Origin: an uncultured Bacillales bacterium
Lineage (GTDB): Bacteria; Bacillota_I; Bacilli_A; RF39; UBA660
Direction of reading: 5' to 3'
Length of the DNA stretch: 63,627 bases
Assembly (NCBI GenBank): GCA_946410555.1
Contig: CAMKAT010000004.1
Coordinates: forward strand, 1 to 63,627
Below, piece after piece: positions 57,652-63,627 of the stretch (position 1 is its first letter; each line of letters begins with the position of its first letter). The position numbers and the translations under genes are program-made. Below the pieces are notes generated by a model that was given only the letters and a program-made list of their open reading frames with translations, ran no database searches and was not told the DNA's origin.

Positions 57652-57680
57652 TTGATTTTCCGAGAGTTTTAATGTATATT
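57652..57680 (+). promoter_or_regulatory. Promoter of the second tRNA operon
   Basis: Follows a terminator hairpin (ccac-taaa-gtgg plus T-run at about 57593-57610). TTGATT, 17-nt spacer, TATATT. Confidence 0.5.
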
Positions 57681-57717
57681 AAAGAAGTCTTATATATAAG
57701 ACAACCGAATTGGTGCT

Positions 57718-57806
57718 GCCCAAGTGGCGGAACAGGTAGACGCACAGGACTTAAAATCCTGCGGGTGTTAAAGCCCGTGCCGGTTCAAGTCCGGCCTTGG
57801 GCACCA
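57718..57806 (+). tRNA. tRNA-Leu (UAA)
   Basis: Anticodon loop CTTAAAA, long variable arm. Confidence 0.9.
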
Positions 57807-57812
57807 TTCTTC

Positions 57813-57889
57813 GGGCGATTAGCTCAGTTGGTTAGAGCACCTGCCTTACAAGCAGGGGGTCACAGGTTCGAGTCCTGTATCGCCCACCA
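57813..57889 (+). tRNA. tRNA-Val (UAC)
   Basis: Anticodon loop CTTACAA. Confidence 0.9.
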
Positions 57890-57895
57890 TTTTAT

Positions 57896-57971
57896 GCCAA
57901 CTTGGCGCAATTGGTAGCGCAACTGACTTGTAATCAGTAGGTTGCGGGTTCGATTCCTGCAGTTGGCACCA
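57896..57971 (+). tRNA. tRNA-Thr (UGU)
   Basis: Anticodon loop CTTGTAA. Confidence 0.9.
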
Positions 57972-57978
57972 CTTATTT

Positions 57979-58062
57979 GGAGGGTTAGCGAAGTGGTCAA
58001 ACGCGGCAGACTGTAAATCTGTTCCTTCGGGTTCCATGGTTCAAATCCATGACCCTCCACCA
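57979..58062 (+). tRNA. tRNA-Tyr (GUA)
   Basis: Anticodon loop CTGTAAA, long variable arm. Confidence 0.9.
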
Positions 58063-58068
58063 CGTTAA

Positions 58069-58144
58069 TGTCCCGTAGCCAAGTGGTAAGGCATCAGACT
58101 TTGACTCTGACATTCCGATGGTTCGAATCCATCCGGGACAACCA
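58069..58144 (+). tRNA. tRNA-Gln (UUG)
   Basis: U1:A72 pair, anticodon loop CTTTGAC. Confidence 0.88.
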
Positions 58145-58163
58145 CTTTTATTTTTTGTAACAC

Positions 58164-58239
58164 GTTCCGATAGCTCAGTTGGTAGAGCATCTGACTTTTA
58201 ATCAGAGGGTCGAGGATTCGAGTTCCTCTCGGAGCACCA
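58164..58239 (+). tRNA. tRNA-Lys (UUU)
   Basis: Anticodon loop CTTTTAA. Followed by the terminator aaactagtc...gactagttttt. Confidence 0.9.
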
Positions 58240-58331
58240 TTTTGAAATTTAAACTAGTCTTATGACTAGTTTTTATTGTTTTATAGAATAAATTTATTAA
58301 ATAAAAATAAAAACAGCTATTAAGCTGTTTA

Positions 58332-58763
58332 TTATGCAAATAATTCTTTTTTATATTTAATTTTTTTATCTGTAACCATTATACATAAATCATTATTATC
58401 ATCTAGATATGCATCTTCATATGTATTTTCTAGTATACCGTTTTTAGCTATTCTTCTTTTAATTAGTTCAAAGTCTTGTTTTTCTCCATTTTTAAAATTA
58501 ATTGTTACTTTAATAATATCTTTCTTTTTTAATAATCTTTGAAGAACTATTATTGATTCATTATCATTTTCTTCATTTTTGATTTTAATCATAAAGAAAT
58601 TAGCAAATAAAGTGATTTGATCTTCACATAATAAATAGTTCATTTCATCACCATTATCATCTATATTTGCGATATAAAAGTTCTCAAAACTTTCAGATGT
58701 GATTGTAAATACATCTTTGTTGTTTGAATAAATATCAATAGAATCAATACAATCCATCTTCAT
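58332..58763 (-). CDS. Hypothetical protein (143 aa)
   Basis: ORF with a nearby terminator (aaacagct...agctgttt at about 58311-58331). Confidence 0.6.
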   Translation of the reverse strand: MKMDCIDSIDIYSNNKDVFTITSESFENFYIANIDDNGDEMNYLLCEDQITLFANFFMIKIKNEENDNESIIVLQRLLKKKDIIKVTINFKNGEKQDFELIKRRIAKNGILENTYEDAYLDDNNDLCIMVTDKKIKYKKELFA

Positions 58764-58970
58764 CTTTTATCACCTATATAAATTATACCATATTAGCCTC
58801 TTTTTGAGTGAAAAATATGCTCCAAAATAGTACTTTTTTTATACAAATTTTAAGGCAATTTTATATGTCAAGATTTGTCTGTTAATAACTCTTGTGTTTT
58901 CCACAATTTTGACAAATTAACTCTTTTTTGATAAGATAATGACGTTCGTCTTAAAGAGGAGGACTTTATA

Positions 58971-59909
58971 ATGAAGTTGAAAATAGCTTCTAATACAAAT
59001 TGGAAGCAAGTGTTAATTGCTATGGTATTATTATCAATATTTACCATATCCATAGGAACACATATCTATTCTGAAGGGTTAAAGTATGAATCTGCAGCGA
59101 GTGATAAACAACTTGGAGATGTACCCCTCACACTAACTGTTGGTGGAGAGAATATTTATAATTTAGAGTACTTATCTTCTAACACTGAATCTCTAGGTCC
59201 AGATGAAGAAGTTACAGTTACTGCAAATTATTTAAACATGTTCTTAAATGATTATTCTTCTGATATATCTCTATTATCCAAAACTTTTGGATTAGATGAG
59301 AAAGAAGTAATAGCTTCGTTAGAGAAACTTTATGATGAGAATCCAGATGAATTTGAAATTACTAACGTTGGATATTTAAAAGACGCAAAAGGGAAAATTA
59401 AAGTATATAGAAGTGCTCAATACGGTATATACATGTACTTACAAAATTATGCGGACGAACACCCTGAATCTGTAAGTAATAAACATGTAGGTTACTCTGG
59501 TAACGCTGAATACGTAGAAAAGCTAATTATGTACTATACAAAGAATATATTTACTAATGTCGATACAAATATGGCATTAAGTATTGGGGCTGCCGAGTCT
59601 GGTTACTATACTGCTAAATATATGTTATATTGTAACAATATTTATGGTGGTATGGGATCACACGGATTAATTAAATATAGAACTATAGAAAATGGTACTT
59701 ATAGATATATTAAGTATTTATCTGAAAACTATATTTCTAAAGGTTTAACAACATTACCTTCAATTGGACGTATTTATTGTCCTACTGTTGATGCTAATGG
59801 TAATAGAGTAGCTAGTCCACATTGGATTTCATTAGTTACTCGTGCTATGAATCATTATGAAGGTACTAATTTTAACGTTAGTGCTAGTGATGTTTTAAAC
59901 TCTAAATAG
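58971..59909 (+). CDS. Secreted protein with a glucosaminidase (FlgJ/Atl-type)-like domain
   Basis: TM/signal N-terminus. LSIGAAESGYYTAKYMLYCNNIYGGMG resembles the ALESGWG...NNLFG motif of mannosyl-glycoprotein endo-beta-N-acetylglucosaminidases. Confidence 0.5.
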   Translation: MKLKIASNTNWKQVLIAMVLLSIFTISIGTHIYSEGLKYESAASDKQLGDVPLTLTVGGENIYNLEYLSSNTESLGPDEEVTVTANYLNMFLNDYSSDISLLSKTFGLDEKEVIASLEKLYDENPDEFEITNVGYLKDAKGKIKVYRSAQYGIYMYLQNYADEHPESVSNKHVGYSGNAEYVEKLIMYYTKNIFTNVDTNMALSIGAAESGYYTAKYMLYCNNIYGGMGSHGLIKYRTIENGTYRYIKYLSENYISKGLTTLPSIGRIYCPTVDANGNRVASPHWISLVTRAMNHYEGTNFNVSASDVLNSK

Positions 59910-59971
59910 AATTACATTTGTTGTAATTCTATTTTTTTTTGATTATAATTTTTAAAGAATAGGGTGATTAT

Positions 59972-61141
59972 ATGAACTTCATTGAAAATGCAAATATTGA
60001 TAATAAAAAGGTTATTCTAAGACTAGATTTAAACGTAAGTATTAAAGATGGTGAAATTGTAGACGATACAAAGATAAAGAAATCTATACCTACGATTAAA
60101 TACCTATTAAATAAAAATTGTAATGTATTAATATTATCTCATTTAGGTAAAGTTAAAACTGAAACTGATAAAAAAGAGAACTCTTTATATATAGTATGTA
60201 AAAGATTAAGTGAATTAATGGAAATGAATATAGTATTTGTTAAGGATACTAGAGATTCGAGATTAAAAGAAATAGTTAAAGATAATAGACTAGTTATGCT
60301 TGAAAATACAAGATATGAAGATCTTCCATCTTCATTAGAATCATCTTGTGATAGAGATCTTTCTATGTTCTGGGCATATCTAGGTGATGTATTTGTTAAC
60401 GATGCATTTGGTACAACTCATAGAAGACATGCTTCTAATTATGGTGTATCTAGATTTCTTGATACTTATTATGGATTTCTTGTTGAAGAAGAAGTTAAAG
60501 GATTAGAACCGGTAGTTAATAAAATAGAACGTCCATTTGTAGTTATTATGGGTGGAGCAAAAGTTGATGATAAAGTAGCTTTAATTAAAACATTAGTAGA
60601 AAAGTGTGATTATATTCTCGTTGGAGGAGGTATAGGAAATACTTTTCTAAAATCAAGTGGATATAATATAGGTAATTCCCTATATTCTAAAGACTATGTA
60701 GATGAAATAGCTAATATCATAACTAATAATAAAGATAAGATTATTATCCCATCTGATGTAGTCGTAGAAAATAATGGTGAAGTAATAAGAAAGAATATCA
60801 CTGATATAACAGATTCAGATGTTATATATGATATCGGAGAAGAAACAATTAAGAATTATAGATACTATATTAATAAAGCTGATACTATTTTTGTTAATGG
60901 TACTGTTGGTTTATATGAAGATGAAAGATTTAGAAGTGGTACTGAAGAGTTACTTAGAGAATTAAGCAAATCAGATGCTTATAAAATTGCTGGTGGAGGA
61001 GATGCAGTAGCTTCAGTTAACAAACTTGGATTTAGTGAAGCTTTTGATTTTCTATCTACAGGTGGTGGAGCAACACTAGAATATATAGCATCAGGTAAAT
61101 TAAAATGTGATGGTGAAGAAGATGTTAGTTTTAAATCTTAA
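59972..61141 (+). CDS. pgk: Phosphoglycerate kinase
   Basis: RLDLNV, FGTTHRRHASN and GGGDAVA...STGGGATLEYI motifs. Confidence 0.93.
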   Translation: MNFIENANIDNKKVILRLDLNVSIKDGEIVDDTKIKKSIPTIKYLLNKNCNVLILSHLGKVKTETDKKENSLYIVCKRLSELMEMNIVFVKDTRDSRLKEIVKDNRLVMLENTRYEDLPSSLESSCDRDLSMFWAYLGDVFVNDAFGTTHRRHASNYGVSRFLDTYYGFLVEEEVKGLEPVVNKIERPFVVIMGGAKVDDKVALIKTLVEKCDYILVGGGIGNTFLKSSGYNIGNSLYSKDYVDEIANIITNNKDKIIIPSDVVVENNGEVIRKNITDITDSDVIYDIGEETIKNYRYYINKADTIFVNGTVGLYEDERFRSGTEELLRELSKSDAYKIAGGGDAVASVNKLGFSEAFDFLSTGGGATLEYIASGKLKCDGEEDVSFKS

Positions 61142-61805
61142 AATGCATTTAAATAAAGATGAAATCGAAGACTTTGAAAACTATATATATAATAAGAATA
61201 TTATAGTTTTACCTGAGTATCCTTATTTACCTTTCTTTCAAAGAGGTAAATATAAACTTGGTAGTCAAGATGTATCAAAATTTAAAGATGGAGCTTTTAC
61301 TGGTGAAGTAAATGCTAAATGTTTAAAATCACTTAATGTTAAATATTCATTGATAGGTCACTCTGAAAGAAAACAAAACTTCAATGAAACTTTAAAAGAT
61401 CTTACTGATAAGATTCAAAATGTAATAGACGAAGACATTATTCCTATATATTGTATAGATAGAGATCTTTTTGATAAAAGACAAGACCCTGAATATAAGA
61501 ATATAGAAAAACAATTGGAAGCAATCCCTTCAAATACTAAATATATAATTATTGTATTTGAACCATCTTATATAATTGGAAACACTGAAATGATTCCAGA
61601 TATAGATGAAATAAGTAAAACTATTACTAAGATTAAAGAATACTTAATTGAAAGAAATATTAACCATACTATTCTATATGGTGGTGGAGTTTCAAAATTT
61701 AATGTAGATGAAATATTAAACATTAAAGGTATCGAAGGAACTATTATATGTTCTAGTATTTTTAATAAAGATGAATTTGAATACATATACAACAAATGTG
61801 TATAA
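61122..61805 (+). CDS. tpiA: Triosephosphate isomerase (divergent, short)
   Basis: VLNLKMH (Asn/Lys), IGHSERK (His), VFEPSYIIG (Glu), YGGGV phosphate loop. The start overlaps the pgk 3' end; alternative starts at 61107 and 61110. Confidence 0.8.
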   Translation: MLVLNLKMHLNKDEIEDFENYIYNKNIIVLPEYPYLPFFQRGKYKLGSQDVSKFKDGAFTGEVNAKCLKSLNVKYSLIGHSERKQNFNETLKDLTDKIQNVIDEDIIPIYCIDRDLFDKRQDPEYKNIEKQLEAIPSNTKYIIIVFEPSYIIGNTEMIPDIDEISKTITKIKEYLIERNINHTILYGGGVSKFNVDEILNIKGIEGTIICSSIFNKDEFEYIYNKCV

Positions 61806-61867
61806 AATAAATCTTGAGGTAGAAAAATATTAAAAAATAAGTTATACTATGACGTGGAGTGCGATTT

Positions 61868-62407
61868 ATGAACAATATGAATTTAAATGTTGGGGATAAA
61901 TTGGAACTACATTGTTATAAACATAATGGAAAAATTAATACTGTATCTAGTAAGATGATGGTATTAGATATTGGTGAAGATTTCTTAGTATGTGGAGATT
62001 ATAAAACAACTATTACTGAAAAAGATGGATCTAAACATAAAACTAAGGAACCTACAATAATATTTTTCTATAAGAATAATTGGTTTAATGTATTAGCCCA
62101 ACTAAAAAAGAATGGATTATTCTATTATTGTAATATCGCAACACCTTATGTTATTGATGAGGGAGCTCTAAAATATATCGATTATGATTTAGACTTAAGA
62201 GTATTCCCTAGTGGAAAGTATAAAATATTAGATAAAAATGAATATAAGTATCATAAAAAGATAATGCATTATTCAGAAGATATTGACTTTATAGTTAATA
62301 AAGAAATGGAAAAACTTATTAAAATGAAAGAAAATAATGAAGGTCCATTTAATAAGGATGTTGTAGATAAATATAGGGTAATATATGAGAATGTCGTTAG
62401 AAATTAA
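61868..62407 (+). CDS. DUF402-family protein (Ntdp-like nucleoside tri/diphosphatase)
   Basis: YKHNGK..., FYYCNIATP and IDYDLDLRVFP patterns of DUF402; about 180 aa. Confidence 0.6.
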   Translation: MNNMNLNVGDKLELHCYKHNGKINTVSSKMMVLDIGEDFLVCGDYKTTITEKDGSKHKTKEPTIIFFYKNNWFNVLAQLKKNGLFYYCNIATPYVIDEGALKYIDYDLDLRVFPSGKYKILDKNEYKYHKKIMHYSEDIDFIVNKEMEKLIKMKENNEGPFNKDVVDKYRVIYENVVRN

Positions 62408-62456
62408 CGACATTTTTATTTTTGTTAAAAAATTACTCAAAAAATGCAAGTTTTTG

Positions 62457-62485
62457 TTGACTTGTATACTGGGGTTTGGTATAAA
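62457..62485 (+). promoter_or_regulatory. rRNA operon promoter P1
   Basis: TTGACT, 17 nt, extended -10 TGGTATAAA; A/T-rich UP-like upstream region. Confidence 0.55.
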
Positions 62486-62551
62486 TATTCTTGTGTTCGA
62501 GAAAGAGCACAAACATGAATAAAAATTTATTAAAAAATAGTAAACTTTTTG

Positions 62552-62580
62552 TTGACTATCATAGATAAATTTGTTATTCT
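62552..62580 (+). promoter_or_regulatory. rRNA operon promoter P2
   Basis: TTGACT, 17 nt, extended -10 TGTTATTCT. Confidence 0.5.
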
Positions 62581-62644
62581 ATCAATTGTGTTTTACAGAG
62601 AGGAAATCAAATAAAAAAGTTTTGAAAAAAACTTAAAAAAGTAT

Positions 62645-62673
62645 TTGACAAAGGCCTGAAAAAATGGTATATT
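62645..62673 (+). promoter_or_regulatory. rRNA operon promoter P3
   Basis: TTGACA, 17 nt, extended -10 TGGTATATT. Confidence 0.6.
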
Positions 62674-62781
62674 ATTCCTGCATTTGTGAAATGCGAAATG
62701 ATCTTTGAAAACTAAGTAAAATGTCAAAATTTGAGTAGCTGGATTGAACTATTAATCTAATCGCAAGATTAGCTTATATTT

Positions 62782-63627
<846 letters not shown>

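Overview
This is a visibly AT-rich Bacillota-type chromosome segment. The partial 16S rRNA at the right edge looks Erysipelotrichia/Mollicutes-related. UGA is a genuine stop codon here, because prfB carries the classic CUU-UGA-C +1 frameshift and tRNA-Trp has anticodon CCA.

Most of the window is housekeeping:
- GntR-ABC operon
- gpx-ohrR-trxA-trxB redox operon
- sortase B, prfB, htrA, ychF, rpsF-ssb-rpsR
- Rrf2-sufCBD, PrsW, an NlpC/P60 peptidase
- two TPM/LemA-type modules and a CaCA antiporter
- trmL, ferredoxin, Nfu, an S1-domain protein
- a 10-tRNA cluster, pgk-tpiA, a DUF402 protein
- three tandem promoters feeding a 16S rRNA gene that runs off the window

The accessory part lies at about 28.7-44.7 kb, between an ATP-grasp gene and tRNA-Trp. 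It has two sections:
1. A run of short single- or two-gene cassettes (ART/Tpt1-like, Nudix-like, a blasticidin-S-deaminase-like gene with a leader peptide, two membrane-anchored XRE proteins, a nitroreductase). Each ends in a member of one conserved hairpin repeat family: AAAACACTAAC-loop-GTTAGTGTTTT, usually followed by TTCTAAATGGCAC.
2. A roughly 10.7 kb integrative element carrying a large serine recombinase, a small resolvase, an HUH Rep-like gene and an XRE regulator. Its cargo is a four-gene minus-strand module: PD-(D/E)xK nuclease, HhH-GPD-like protein, stand-alone macro domain and membrane-anchored KAP P-loop NTPase. This module is my best candidate for an undescribed defence-type system.

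Other points of interest are an Abi_2 gene inserted among core genes, an unannotated 50-aa SEC-C-motif ORF with tandem TGTGCACA palindromes, a six-gene operon of unknowns with a soluble FtsK-like ATPase, and unusual 16S features. No CRISPR array was seen. All functional calls come from motif recognition by eye, not from database searches.
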